A stretch of 60,253 nt of DNA from positions 171,145,424 to 171,205,676 of the forward strand of contig NC_068981.1 in the NCBI RefSeq assembly GCF_001194135.2. Reading direction: 5' to 3'. Below the pieces are notes generated by a model. The model saw only the letters and a list, made by a program, of their open reading frames with translations, did not search any database and was not told the DNA's origin. The DNA is from Octopus bimaculoides (lineage: Eukaryota). Each line of letters opens with the position of its first letter. Position 1 is the stretch's first letter. Positions 37,766 through 51,049 of the stretch are shown piece by piece. The translations under genes and the position numbers were made by a program.

Positions 37766-38587
37766 AACTACATTATCAAATACACGATTCAATTTCTGTT
37801 AGTAGTAAAACATCATTTAAGAAATTATTGGCAGCAACTTCTAACAGACACTGATGATAAACTTCGACTCGCAAGACTTTCTGGATGTCACACCTAATGA
37901 AAAATGACTTTGAATAATTTTTGAAGTGCGGCTCACTTGGTTATGTCTCATGCTGCCCAATGATCAGACATGCTTAACACAGAGGTTCTCTCCTTCGCTA
38001 AAGTAGGGAGATGTTCTCAGTTAAGTCTAGTCTCAGTTAGTTGAAATTCAATTGAAATAGCAAGTGCTAAATATCGTAGAAGAAAACACGGTGTTGACAG
38101 ATCCGATGGCCGCATAGCAGACGATAACTATTCGTTCGTGTGTTACATCGGTTTATGGCTTAACCATCGATTTATTTCAGTAACACAAGATGTCAGAAAT
38201 ATAGGGAATAAATAGGGAAGAATAAAAAACGAAATAAGTATACAAAAAAATTAAACGTCAAATTGTGCATTGAAAATAAAGTGAACAATATTAATATGTT
38301 CAGTTCATGAGAGAAAGCAAGAAATTCAAGTTGACAGTTTTATGGAGAATTGCAAACTTGACACAAACTTAATCAACAAACACGTCTGTTTTAAGAGTTT
38401 TATGGAAGACGGTTTCAATTTCAGAATGTATTGAATTTAATTCATAATAAAATATAAAAGCCAGAAAGTGTTATTTATTGCCTCATATATTATTTATGTA
38501 TACAAACACGTAAACGCCAACTCGAACACTCATATATGCCCATGTTCCTAGAAAGCTTACATATGGAGAGGAATGCGCGCGCGTGTT

Positions 38588-38644
<57 letters not shown>

Positions 38645-39469
38645 TAACAGACCGATATCGAAGCATAATTGCAGGGAAAAGGTATAAAAGAAATTATGCT
38701 CTGAATTTTCAACTGATATTATCTAATTCTAGTTAAAGTTCTCAGAATTAGTAAATCACGGAATTTGCAATATATGGGCACACATACATATAATGTCTGC
38801 TTTTATACATCATTTATGGTTTGTTTATAAATATATGCGCACACACATACACACAGATATATATATATGTATATATATNNNNNNNNNNNNNNNNNNNNNN
38901 NNNNNNNNNNNNNNNNNNNNNNNNNNNNNNNNNNNNNNNNNNNNNNNNNNNNNNNNNNNNNNNNNNNNNNNNNNNNNNNNNNNNNNNNNNNNNNNNNNNN
39001 NNNATATATATATATATATATATACGAACTTGGGAAATTGCTGTCATACGAATTCCACTTCACATAAATTTGAAATATTTCAATGATATTTTCTGTAGTA
39101 AATATGCCTACAGGCGTCAATGAAACAAAGAATTAATATAAAATTTACATTAAACTTTTTTTCTGCAACAATCGTATACGGTGAGGAATTGATTAATGAA
39201 TAAATTAACCAATTCATATGCTCGTATTGTTTTCCAAATATATATGCATATGCGTGCATGTGGATGTATGTGTATTCTTCTCCCACTGTGCAAATCATCG
39301 TCATCATACACATCATCATCATCATCATCATCATATACATCATCATCATTACTGTCGTAGTCGTCATAATTATCTTAATTATTATCATTAACGATAATAA
39401 TAATAACAGCAATCAAAATAACTGCAACAGTAACGGTAATAACAACAACAATAACAATAATAATTATAA

Positions 39470-39597
39470 TCCTTTCTACTATTGGAACTAGGCCTGAAAT
39501 TTGGACGAGGGTATAATCGTTTACATCGATCCCATTATTCAGCTGGTGCCAATTTTATCGAACCCGAAACAGGAAAGGCAAGGTAGACCTCGGCGGA
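39470..39597 (-). mobile_element. SINE family A, 3' part
   Basis: ctaggcctgaaattt...ttttatcgaacccgaaacaggaaaggcaaggtagacctcggcggaat. Confidence 0.75.
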
Positions 39598-39632
39598 ATA
39601 ATAATGATAATAATAATAGTAATAATAATAAT

Positions 39633-40015
39633 CGCAGGACCAAGCTCTGACCACGAACTGCAGGGGTAACTTGAGGAATGAGCAAGTGTCTCCGCTATGC
39701 CGCATCTGCAATAGAGTGAATGAAATCATTGCTCATATCACGTACAGATGCCCTAGACTTGCCCCAAACCACTACAAATTATGGTGACACGACCAGGTAG
39801 CGAAAGTATAACACTAGAAAGTGTGCAAAAAGTGGAGGCTAGAGAGAGGCAAGACGTGATATGAGCAGAAAGCACAGATAGTAGCGGAGTCGGAGACTAG
39901 CAAAATCCACTGAGATTTCCCAGTCCAAACAGATCAGGTGCTAGAGCATAACAGACCGGACCTAGTGGTGGTGGACAAGGTGTACCACATATGCTATATA
40001 GTTTACGTTGGGAAC
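39633..40015 (+). pseudogene. R4/Dong-type zinc knuckle plus RLE fragment, starting right after (TAA)n
   Basis: QDQALTTN...PLCRICNRVNEIIAHITYRCP (CCHC)...HDQVAK...DFPVQTDQVLEHNRPDLVVVDK. Several stops are present. Confidence 0.85.
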
Positions 40016-40019
40016 CAAT

Positions 40020-40285
40020 GCTTTCGAGATGCATGTGGCAATGTTTCTAATTACACCTGAAAGATGTTTGGAAAGCCTATGAACATCAATATTGTCCTTG
40101 TATGGCTTTTGGCTTGTAGAGTATCTGCTTGTCTTTCATTCCAGGTTGATTCGCAGAGAGTCAATGTCTGTTAATGGTGACTGCTGTATTTTAGGCCAAA
40201 TTCTTTGAAGATATTTATAAGATTCTTCTTTATTTCCATGATGTGTCTGTTCTTATAATTTGTGAATGATGCTACAATATCTGCA
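40020..40285 (-). pseudogene. Penelope-like element reverse transcriptase fragment
   Basis: The minus strand gives DIVASFTNYKNRHIMEIKKNLINIFKEFGLK, then after a frameshift NLE*KTSRYSTSQKPYKDNIDVHRLSKHLSGVIRNIATCISK. This resembles the PLE region after the DD motif (IKK.I..IFK..GL ... KP....YIH..SNHP..II.NI...ISKR). Confidence 0.6.
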
Positions 40286-40942
40286 CCCGGAGAAATAACT
40301 AGTCAAAGTAAAAATTGTGTCACACCTCCGTATCACCCTATTGAAACATCGAACGCTATGCATGCAAAATATCTATGTATGTGTATATGTATATATATGT
40401 ATGTAATAGGCAACCAAAGAGAAAGAGTATAAGAATGGGTGAGAGACAGAGCTTGTATTTTCTACTTCTTACGAAAGACAAAATTACAACTGTTCCCCAG
40501 ACATTGGATGTTGTTGCTATTACTTTTATTTCCACCGATGTGTCATCACTGACTGAGATTTGTGATTGGTTCCTGACTCATTCCAGGCAATAATGTATAT
40601 TGATTTTACTGCTAATTTGTCATTACTATATCTAGTAATTGTTTGAAAAAGATATACGTCATTCCCAGTACTTGAAGGAATACCATTTGATATATTCGAT
40701 AATGTCGCATTAGATTCATGATAACTGGGATAACTTATATGAAAATAGCGAATCGTCAAGTCTGAAATGTTGTTTCAGGACGCTTTTGCTAAAAGCGTAA
40801 TTATTTTTTACAGAGGATCCTAATTACATAAGTCGTTAGAACAAATGAAAACCGAGGCATCATTATTTTAGCAATTTACATGGCATATGTGCTTGAGATA
40901 AGAGTCAAATCTCCTTCAACTCATTTCCCAAAGCTTTTAAAC

Positions 40943-40979
<37 letters not shown>

Positions 40980-41022
40980 CATACATACATACATACATAC
41001 ATACATACATACATACATAGAC

Positions 41023-41083
<61 letters not shown>

Positions 41084-41400
41084 CATTTCTTTTATTAGNN
41101 NNNNNNNNNNNNNNNNNNNNNNNNNNNNNNNNNNNNNNNNNNNNNNNNNNNNNNNNNNNNNNNNNNNNNNNNNNNNNNNNNNNNNNNNNNNNNNNNNNNN
41201 NNNNNNNNNNNNNNNNNNNNNNNNNNNNNNNNNNNNNNNNNNNNNNNNNNNNNNNNNNNNGGACGGACGGACGGACGGACGGACGGACGGACGGACGGAC
41301 GGACGGACGGACGGACGGACGGATGGACGGACGGACGGACGGACGGATGGACGAATAGATGGATGGATGGACGAATGAATGGATGGATGGAAAGAAATGT
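40943..41400. repeat. (GATA)/(CATA)/(GGAC)/(GGAT) tetranucleotide arrays around a gap
   Basis: Directly visible. Confidence 0.9.
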
Positions 41401-42350
41401 ATAATGTCTTGTTAGGTCATACTTTATCCTGATTTCCTTCGCGCATTTCTGAATGAGAGTATAATACTTCACACTACAGATGCAGAGTCAAAAATATCTC
41501 TATACAAAATGGGGTGATAACAACCTGGACCATTGTATGTCTTCTTAATCGAGATATGTCGAGATTCAAGCAATAATAACCAACAGAGCGATGTGTAACA
41601 TGAGAGAGAAATGAAAAATTACGAACTGATGAGTCACATATAGTCTCTAGAGTTACGTCAACACTGATGCAGGCAGTAAGTGCAAGTGATTTCATTTGTG
41701 GAGACAGCTGTAATAATGTATTAGTCCTTAGATATTTCTCTCAGATGTAATATCTATGGCAAGCATGGGAATTTCCTCTGAACAGAACAAAGCATATATT
41801 TGTGAAATCAAAGATTTACCACTATTCATTAGCTTCTATAATCTTGAAATTTATCGATATTCACAAGTTCTTCTTAAGCGTCTTAATCGTATGATCAGCA
41901 ATTAGCGAACTAAACTTTCAATTTATATATTACTTTGCATTTTATGTGGCATTTGGTTAAAGGTTCTTAACTCACTTTGAATTTCTGACAACGGGAGTTA
42001 AAGAAGGTTGCCTGAAACTCGGTGCTAAACAAATATCGACCTCGAAACCTTACAGCATATACAGCGAGTGTAAACAATTTATAATACTATTTTGAAAGAC
42101 GTATGAACAAAACTAATGTGATGTGCAAGAAATAGTAACCAAACTACTTTTAAATAATCCATTCTACTCTGGGTACAAGGTTATAAATTGCTCTTAGATA
42201 ATATCGTATCACCATAAAAGAGATATCTACTAATATCTGGCGTAAAAGCAAGTTGGTCACATGGCTAGAACATTATTTGTTATACGAATTTTAAATCAGA
42301 GTGGAGCTGTGGATAAAAACTATAAACGACATTTCTCAGGGAGCTTCAAA

Positions 42351-42397
<47 letters not shown>

Positions 42398-42398
<1 letters not shown>

Positions 42399-43620
42399 GA
42401 CTGTTACTTAAGTCGAAATTAAACGGACTGAATACGATTGAATCTATCAACACCTGGGCGGCTTCACTACTTACATATGTAGCAGGGGTAATCGCATGGG
42501 CAGCAGACGAACTAAACAGCTTAGACAGAAAGACAAGGAGATTGCTAACTAGATATGGGATACTCCACCCGAAAATTGACACAGAAAGACTATGTACCAA
42601 AAAAAAAAAAAGAGGGAAGAGGACTGATTGAATGCGAACACAGCATTAGAGCAGACGAAAACAACATAGCATGGTATGTAAACAATGCCACAGGACCACT
42701 ATTGTTGAAAGTAAGAAAGTCAGGTTGGTGTAGGATGGAAGATTGTAAAGATAAAGCACTGTACAAGCACTTGAGAATGAATGAAACTGAAAATAGGTGG
42801 ATAAAGAAAATAATGCATGGATAATTTCATAAGCATATTGTAGATAAGACAAACAGAGAAAAAATCGCTGTGGATGACTAAAAGTGATTTAAAACCGGAA
42901 ACGGAGCCTCTAATTTGTGCTGCTCAAGCGCAAACATTAAGAACGAATTACATGAAATACAGAATAGACAACACATCAGAAAGTGATAAATGCAGAATTT
43001 GAGGACAAAATGGTGAAACCGCATGGCATATTACCAGTTAATGTACGCCAGCAGCCCAGAAACAATATAAGGGACGTCCTGACAATATAGCAAAGATTGT
43101 NNNNNNNNNNGGACTTGACAAAGCAAACAAGTGGTACGAACATAAACCGGAAGGCATCATCGAAAATGATAATGCAAAGATCCTATGGGGTTTTATGAGC
43201 CAATGAGACCATGAGATAGAGAATAGGAAACCAGACGTAGTATTAATTTAGAAAGAAAGCAAACGATGCCGGATTGTAGATATAGCATGTCCAGCTGACA
43301 ACAAGATATACAATAAGGAAGAAAGAAAAGTCGATAGATATAACAGGTTAGCTTGGGAGGTTAAGCAGTTGTGATCGATGAAAAAGATGGGAAAGTACCA
43401 GTAATTGTCGGAGGCCTGAGAACAGTGAGTAAAAATATTGAGAAGTACATGGAACAAATGGGAGCTGCAATAAGGGTGGAGCACTTGCAGAAAACAGCAC
43501 TGCTTGGAACTGTTCGAATACTGCAGATGGTGCTCGAAAATTAAGGGGTGTTACAATAGTTCGCTGGTAGTAAGCATCTGGCACCGTAGTACATCTCCAG
43601 CGTTAGAAGCTGTGCGAAAA
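42398..43620 (+). mobile_element. R4/Dong-type non-LTR element, 5'-truncated, about 1.2 kb, between (GAT)n and (AAT)n(GAT)n
   Basis: RLLLKSKLNGLNTIESINTWA...LDRKTRRLL...LHPKIDTERL...GRGL; ETEPLICAAQAQTLRTN; degenerate CCHC DKCRI*GQNGETAWHITS*C; RKPDVVLI; QKTALLGTVRIL. A 3' UTR follows. Confidence 0.92.
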
Positions 43621-43784
<164 letters not shown>

Positions 43785-43789
43785 TAAAA

Positions 43790-44115
43790 TGTTAAAAATT
43801 CCCTTCGATCATGAATGATTATGGGAATGCATGTAGAAAGTTAGAAAGTTCGCCTCCGAAGCATAAGTCCGGGCAAGGTTGTTTATGAAAGACCAGCAAA
43901 CCAGCCTCTCCTCTCCGATGTTATCCAAGGGAAAAAAAACAACCGATACTGCCTGGCACTAGTGACGTCGCAACTCATTTTTGACAACTGAGTAACTGGA
44001 TCGACGTGAAATAAAGTGTCTTGCTCAAGAACACAACACACATCCCGGTTGGGGAAGCGAACTCACGACCTCATGATTAGAATTCTGATGCTCTAACCAC
44101 CGAGCTATGCGACTT
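43790..44115 (-). mobile_element. SINE family C, tail variant 3
   Basis: Head and core caactcatttt...gtgaaataaagtgtcttgctcaagaacacaac...gaactcacgacc...ctctaaccac. The tail (gcataagtccgggcaaggttgtttatg...) differs from those at 4700 and 10070. Confidence 0.8.
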
Positions 44116-44489
44116 CGATATATGAGTGCTTGAAGGAGAGGATTCAAAAAAGAAAAAAATGAGAAAAGGAAAAAAAATATAAAATATAAAGAAAATACAG
44201 CTTTAAAAGTAAAAGAATAACGTATCTGCATCTATTTGCGATGGAATTGTGAATGTAATTTGAGTTCAGGTATGGATTTTCCTATGAAGTTACACTGAAG
44301 GTACAATGATGATTTTAATTTTGCCTGGGATTGCAGAAATCTGTCTGTTGATTGCAGGATATATAATTCTTTTATTGTACTGTTTCTTCAACTCAAATAC
44401 TTTTGACATATTATTTCATATTTTACATCATGCATGTCGATTTAGGTAATAACTTTTCCAAGATGTCAAATTAAGCTGTAGAGACTTTA

Positions 44490-45260
44490 CTGTTTGTTTC
44501 TACTTATCCTTATATCTAAGGACGGGCCTTCCTTTACTGCGGTGAACCTCTACTTTTGGCCATACAAAAGAATTTTAGGAATGCATTACTCTTCCTTCCG
44601 AATAACACGGCTTACCCATCAGAACCGAATTCTCATCAGCATGTTTTTGATACTGAAGTTATCACATTTTCTAAGATTTTGACATTTGGATATCTTATCT
44701 TGTCATTTAATGTTGCAGGTATTGCAATAGACAACACATTGGGACTGTTTCAAGTTTCATTATATGTCTGTAATAGGCCGCAGTCAAATGATTGAAACAG
44801 TTAAGACAGTCTATATATATATAACAAATTAAAAAGGTGGCTTATTAGCAATTAGAGGTTAAAAGCAAAATTAACAGAGGTCACAAATGTGACAGAGGGT
44901 ACTCACTGGCACCGCTTTTGCTAAAAGTGTTAAAACAAGAGTGTAAGCAAAATACAAGATTTTTATACACTTATTTTATCCCACAAACGATGGGGAACTT
45001 TTCCTAAGCATTTTTAGCCTTAGATATTCTAATATTCATTTCGTCAGCAAGAGTAGTCTTAAAGCTTACTGTACTTCCAAGATATTTAAATGACCTAACC
45101 CATTTGAATGGCTTATTGTCAATCATCAAATTTGAATCTTGAGTATGTTTTGCCTCAGGCTTTGGTTGGAATAAAACATCAGTGTTCATGATGCTGATAG
45201 TCAGGTTAAATGCACGAGCTGCCGCAGCAGACCTGTCGAATGTTTCCGTAAAGGGACGAT
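44490..45260 (-). pseudogene. Decayed, interrupted RTE LINE
   Basis: Minus strand 45260-45004: FDRSAAAARAFNLTISIMNTDVLFQP...FKYLGSTVS...DEMNIRISKAKNA. Minus strand 44765-44495: NIK*QDKIS...RF*WVSRV...IPKILLYG...RSKGRPVLRYKD. Confidence 0.75.
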
Positions 45261-45647
45261 AAAATTGATTTCATATTTCATACAATGTTATAAAATATTA
45301 TCTATGATCGTGCATTCAAATTATGACATTCGAAGTTAATGAACTGTGGTAACATTAACGTATTTCGAATATGTCACTATGACTTCTTATTTCTTCATCT
45401 AAATTATTTCTTTTATTATTCACTGTGTAGGGCTTATATTAAGCTTACTGGATCTTACCTTGGAGTTGTGAAGTACTCCCTTTAGTATTAACCGAAGTCT
45501 TATGGATTTCCTTTTGATTTTAGAATACTACGCTGGTCATGATCCTACTTGATGTGCTAATGAGCCGATACCCAAGATTATAATTATCTATTCAATCTTT
45601 CTCTTGCTCTTCCACCCCACCCCAGTCTCCCGCTCCTTCTGTCTTTC

Positions 45648-45693
<46 letters not shown>

Positions 45694-46304
45694 NNNNNNN
45701 NNNNNNNNNNNNNNNNNNNNNNNNNNNNNNNNNNNNNNNNNNNNNNNNNNNNNNNNNNNNNNNNNNNNNNNNNNNNNNNNNNNNNNNNNNNNNNNNNNNN
45801 NNNNNNNNNNNNNNNNNNNNNNNNNNNNNNNNNNNNNNNNNNNNNNNNNNNNNNNNNNNNNNNNNNNNNNNNNNNNNNNNNNNNNNNNNNNNNNNNNNNN
45901 NNNNNNNNNNNNNNNNNNNNNNNNNNNNNNNNNNNNNNNNNNNNNNNNNNNNNNNNNNNNNNNNNNNNNNNNNNNNNNNNNNNNNNNNNNNNNNNNNNNN
46001 NNNNNNNNNNNNNNNNNNNNNNNNNNNNNNNNNNNNNNNNNNNNNNNNNNNNNNNNNNNNNNNNNNNNNNNNNNNNNNNNNNNNNNNNNNNNNNNNNNNN
46101 NNNNNNNNNNNNNNNNNNNNNNNNNNNNNNNNNNNNNNNNNNNNNNNNNNNNNNNNNNNNNNNNNNNNNNNNNNNNNNNNNNNNNNNNNNNNNNNNNNNN
46201 NNNNNNNNNNNNNNNNNNNNNNNNNNNNNNNNNNNNNNNNNNNNNNNNNNNNNNNNNNNNNNTATATATATATATATATATATATATGCATATCACTTAT
46301 CTAT

Positions 46305-46505
46305 TACTTATTTCAGTCATTAAACTACAGCCATGCTGGGGCGCCACGCTGAAGAATTTTTAAACCTGATATTTATTCTATCGGTCTTTGTTGCCGAACT
46401 ACTAAGATAACGGTGATGTAATCACACGAAGACACGCACAGATGCGTACAAACACACTCACAAATACACACACACACATAAACAGACACACAAACACACA
46501 CACAA
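46305..46505 (-). mobile_element. SINE family B, 3' part, diverged
   Basis: tttcagtcattaaactacagccatgctggggcgccac...ttctatcggtctttgttgccgaactactaag. Confidence 0.7.
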
Positions 46506-46654
46506 ATACAAAAAATGTCACACTCAAGAGATTCCAAAGAATTCATTAAAAAACAGCCCCAATCACTGTTATAATCCATAACGAGTCACTTTAGAGTCAC
46601 TAAACCATTTAACACCTTACTACTAGCATACCACCTACATTCCTTCTTATTCTC

Positions 46655-46852
46655 CCTTCTCTTTCTTTTTCTTCTTCATCTTCTTCTTCTTCTTCTTCTT
46701 CTTCTTCTTCTTCTTCTTCTTCTTCTTCTTCTTCTTCCNNNNNNNNNNTACTTCTTCTTCTACTTCTTCTTCTTCTTCTTTCCTCCTCCTCCTCCTCCTC
46801 CTCCTCTTCTTCTTCTTCTTCTTCTTCTTCTTCTTTTTCTTCTTCTTCTTCC
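46655..46852. repeat. (TTC)n/(TCC)n microsatellite
   Basis: Directly visible. Confidence 0.95.
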
Positions 46853-47180
46853 CTACCGAGAATTCACAACGACTTCCAACACACAAGAGTAAACAACAAA
46901 GACAGAAACAAGCGGTAACAAGGAATATGCCACTTGCAGTTGAACACTATGCAAATATTCTTTTAAAAAAAACTTTTCTTTTAATTTTCCCAAAGCTTAA
47001 TTGTTTTCTACACTTACAGCTGAAAAAGTACAAACGTACTACGGTTGGCATTGTTACTAATATCAAACTTGCACAAATACACTTATACAGATGTGTGCCG
47101 TTCATACACTTTGCATAGTTGTACATGTTGCATACGTTTAGGTTTTTAACCTATGTGTTTGTGTGTGTGTGTGTGTGTGC

Positions 47181-47233
<53 letters not shown>

Positions 47234-47726
47234 NNNNNNNNNNNNNNNNNNNNNNNNNNNNNNNNNNNNNNNNNNNNNNNNNNNNNNNNNNNNNNNNNNN
47301 NNNNNNNNNNNNNNNNNNNNNNNNNNNNNNNNNNNNNNNNNNNNNNNNNNNNNNNNNNNNNNNNNNNNNNNNNNNNNNNNNNNNNNNNNNNNNNNNNNNN
47401 NNNNNNNNNNNNNNNNNNNNNNNNNNNNNNNNNNNNNNNNNNNNNNNNNNNNNNNNNNNNNNNNNNNNNNNNNNNNNNNNNNNNNNNNNNNNNNNNNNNN
47501 NNNNNNNNNNNNNNNNNNNNNNNNNNNNNNNNNNNNNNNNNNNNNNNNNNNNNNNNNNNNNNNNNNNNNNNNNNNNNNNNNNNNNNNNNNNNNNNNNNNN
47601 NNNNNNNNNNNNNNNNNNNNNNNNNNNNNNNNNNNNNNNNNNNNNNNNNNNNNNNNNNNNNNNNNNNNNNNNNNNNNNNNNNNNNNNNNNNNNNNNNNNN
47701 NNNNNNNNNNNNNNNNNNNNNNNNNN

Positions 47727-47781
<55 letters not shown>

Positions 47782-47783
<2 letters not shown>

Positions 47784-48498
47784 CTACCAACACACTCAAG
47801 CAGAACATGGAAGCTCGATTAATAGCATCGAGTTTAAAGTTTAATCAACGCATAGAACTGACACGATTCTTAGACAGATCACAGAGGCTACACTCATAGC
47901 AGTAGACAGAGCGAGCCTCAATAGAAAACACGAATGGAACACTACCACCCACCACCACACTACATGACTAAAGACAGACGGGAGGAGAAGTGAGAGGGAA
48001 AAATAATAGATAAAACACATATACAAACAGGGTAATACACACACAATAGACATATATGTACATACCTGTGATACATATAAGAAATAGAAATATATAGCAC
48101 TGTGGGCAAAATTTTCGGGTCCTTGGACAGCAGCATTGACAACGGGGAGAGAATATCGGGCTAAGGGAAAGGTCATACAGCTAATAAGAACAATGACACA
48201 CACAGGCATACACATCACATACATATACACACATGCACACACACCTACAAACATGGACTCAAACGCATGCGCACATAAGGATACGCATCAGAGAAGAGCA
48301 GTATGAAATAAGTGGAGCAAGAGGACACACGAAGACAAGAACTGTCGCTGAAGAGGTCACAGATGTGTGACGAAAGATTTCCGGACAACGAACATGAGTT
48401 TCCGGACGAAGAACAGTAAAAAAAACGAGTTAAGAACAAATATATAGTGCGTGTGTTAATTTGGCAAAAGAAAAATGACCATCTCGAAATACAACAGT
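47782..48498 (+). mobile_element. Penelope-like element 3' end: GIY-YIG endonuclease C-terminus, 3' UTR and hammerhead-bearing terminus
   Basis: One frame, 47782-47967: LYQHTQAEHGSSINSIEFKV*STHRTDTILRQITEATLIAVDRASLNRKHEWNT, matching the H...H...R.I.EA.LI.....LN end of PLE GIY-YIG domains. A hammerhead-like motif lies at 48343. Confidence 0.7.
48343..48387 (+). ncRNA. Type I hammerhead ribozyme-like motif
   Basis: tgtcg CTGAAGA g gtcac-agatgt-gtgac GAAA gatt TC cggaca. Stem II is a perfect 5 bp, stem I is tgtcg/cg(g)aca, and stem III is one change from the palindrome AGATCT. Confidence 0.65.
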
Positions 48499-49322
48499 NN
48501 NNNNNNNNNNNNNNNNNNNNNNNNNNNNNNNNNNNNNNNNNNNNNNNNNNNNNNNNNNNNNNNNNNNNNNNNNNNNNNNNNNNNNNNNNNNNNNNNNNNN
48601 NNNNNNNNNNNNNNNNNNNNNNNNNNNNNNNNNNNNNNNNNNNNNNNNNNNNNNNNNNNNNNNNNNNNNNNNNNNNNNNNNNNNNNNNNNNNNNNNNNNN
48701 NNNNNNNNNNNNNNNNNNNNNNNNNNNNNNNNNNNNNNNNNNNNNNNNNNNNNNNNNNNNNNNNNNNNNNNNNNNNNNNNNNNNNNNNNNNNNNNNNNNN
48801 NNNNNNNNNNNNNNNNNNNNNNNNNNNNNNNNNNNNNNNNNNNNNNNNNNNNNNNNNNNNNNNNNNNNNNNNNNNNNNNNNNNNNNNNNNNNNNNNNNNN
48901 NNNNNNNNNNNNNNNNNNNNNNNNNNNNNNNNNNNNNNNATATATATATATATATATATATATACATACGCTCCTACCTTCGCAGCTACAAGTGTTACAG
49001 TTCTTTATTTCTCTGACTCATGTTATTTTAAGAGAAGGTTAACCTTCGTAAACAAGTCCCAGATGTTATAGTCAGTAGCTTTACAGCGAAGATACGCAAG
49101 TGACTGATGTACGTCTTCGTTTATATACGTTCAAGTTTCAGATTTATGCAGGTGCATACATACTGTAGAGGTGAGGAATGATTCAGTTAAATAAAGGGAG
49201 TCGACCATATAATCTGTCTGATATCAGGCGAGGCGCTAAGCAAGTGACGATAAGTAAATATATACATACACATGCACACACATGTACATATATGTATATG
49301 TGTGTCTATGTATGTGCTTTCG

Positions 49323-49369
<47 letters not shown>

Positions 49370-49439
49370 NNNNNNNNNNNNNNNNNNNNNNNNNNNNNNN
49401 NNNNNNNNNNNNNNNNNNNNNNNNNNNNNNNNNNNNNNN

Positions 49440-49472
<33 letters not shown>

Positions 49473-49574
49473 AAGAGAGAGGGTGAGAGAGAGATACAGA
49501 CAGAGAGAGAGAGAGAGAAAGTGATGGACAAATAGATAGATAGATAGATAGATAGATAGATTTGACTTAGTGTC

Positions 49575-49915
49575 TATGTCCGTCTGAGTGGTAAGAAGCT
49601 TGCCTCACAACTTCACAAGAATGGGTTCAGGCACACTACGTGGCGCCTTATGCCAGTGTCTTTACTATAGCCTCGTAGAGACCAATGTCTTGTCACTGAA
49701 ATTGTCAAACAGAAACTGAAAGAAGCCTTTCGTATATGTCAGTGTGTGTTAGTGAGTCTTTGTGCCTGTCCTCTACCACCGCTTGAAAACCGGTGCTGGT
49801 TTGCTTATGTCCCCAAAAGAAACCAACAGAATAAGTACTAGTCCTAAAAAATATGAGTAAACCTCTGAAAGTGGTGCCCCAGCATGTAAAATGACTGACA
49901 CTAAAATGTAGAGAA
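49575..49915 (+). mobile_element. SINE family B, diverged, near full length
   Basis: gtggtaagaagcttgc...gggttcagg..cactacgtggcgcctt...ctactatagcctcg...gaaactgaaagaagcc...gtggtgccccagcatg. Confidence 0.75.
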
Positions 49916-51049
49916 GTATATAAATATATGATTCGACTCCTAAAGAAAGCAACTGACAGAAATCTGAAGTTAACAATTCCACAACCGCAAGTATACGATT
50001 TTATGTGTTACTAATAAAGTTATGTGCTTATTAGCACAATACTTCTACACAAGGTGCTCTCTCCATATGAATACTGTAGTTTCCTGGCTTTTTGCATTGT
50101 GTCCACGTTAAATAATATACACAGAATTCTATTTTGAACTAATACTGAACCTCTCGCTAATAACAAATTTTTTTCTGCCTACCGGTTAATTGCGACACCA
50201 GTGATTTGCTAATCATTTTTTTAAGTTATACCAGTAGAGGGTGACTTTCTCTAAGCTTGTTATTGCTCCAACGTACTTGTTACTGATGGCAGATAGAGAA
50301 ACAGAAATCTGAATTTAGCATTTCCACCGCCACTATTTGACTCTGTTACTGATGCCACACAAAGAAGCAGAAATCTGAATTTAGCATTACCAGAACCGCT
50401 ATTAGACGCTGTTCGTTTGCTACTGATAGGCTTCTGTAACTTTTAGCACTATACTTACGTGCGAGATGACTACTGCAGTTATGCATTTATGAATTAAAAG
50501 CAGTGCTACTGTTGTTACAATATCGACCGGACATACTCAATAAATTTGATTAGCATGTTTGCCGGCATGTTGCGAATTAGTGCAGTGGGGAAGACTCCCT
50601 CAAAGATCTGGGTGTTGAAACACGTTAAAGTCATAGTCAATCGAAACAACCAGCCCCTAATGCCATTCAGGAGGGATCAATATCGATATTTCGCCGTTTT
50701 TGTGACTCATCATCATCACGTACCCGAATCGAATCGGAGTGGGTAGGGAATCACCAGCCTATGACTATATGCATATACTGCTTATTCAACCAACCGGCTA
50801 ATTGCAACATCACCGATTTTTCAACCATTCATTTCCTATATCAGTCTTCGTACACAGTTGACAGCGAGTACAGAAATGTACATTTAGCCTTCACACCATG
50901 GATGCTGGATAGTTACCTGCTACAGATTTGTTTTGTGTTATTTATGATAGTACGGCTATACGAGATACGATCACCAGACGAATAATTTCGCAAATAATTT
51001 CGGGATCTCCAATACGAACATTTCTGTCTTTGCTTGTGTATTAGAGATT

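Noticed and set aside
41625-41680. CTGATGAGTC hammerhead-like start
   Set aside because: There is no stem II closing onto a GAAA box downstream.
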